From Barthelona sp. PCE (lineage: Eukaryota), in the NCBI GenBank assembly GCA_040285745.1, contig JAUFOR010000004.1:124001-188000 (forward strand): a stretch of 64,000 nt of DNA. Direction: 5' to 3'. Below are more notes on the stretch, generated by a model, which saw only the letters and a list, made by a program, of their open reading frames with translations, ran no database searches and had not been told where the DNA came from. The letters are not shown here. Within the stretch, counting starts at the first letter, position 1.

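Overview
Very gene-dense eukaryotic DNA in the standard genetic code (TAA, TAG and TGA are all used as stops). It most likely comes from an anaerobic flagellated protist; a metamonad is inferred from the ADP-forming acetyl-CoA synthetase, the axonemal gene CFAP91, an intron of the form GTATGT...ACTAACTTTTAG, and (A/T)GT(A/G)AA motifs at gene 3' ends. Bases 1-28.4 kb hold about 18 tightly packed genes, some overlapping at their 3' ends: ADP-forming acetyl-CoA synthetase, a truncated pyruvate-kinase-like gene, CFAP91, a degenerate small GTPase, a histidine acid phosphatase, a USP deubiquitinase, a SAPS/PP6R-like protein, a membrane lipase-3, a COG6-like protein, an intron-containing Rab2-like GTPase, an ELAPOR/KIAA1324-like receptor, a class I glycerate kinase and several hypotheticals. 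The remaining 35 kb (28736 to beyond 64000) appears to be one uninterrupted + strand ORF of at least 11,755 codons. It is absent from the supplied ORF track, apparently because it has no stop inside the window. It encodes a secreted giant protein built from bacterial-adhesin-like beta-solenoid repeats, arranged as two capped modules of about 5,800 aa or more joined by two tenascin-type EGF repeats, with a Tyr/His/Trp-rich zone and a LamG/concanavalin-like domain inserted into one repeat. All family assignments come from motif recognition by eye; no database searches were run.
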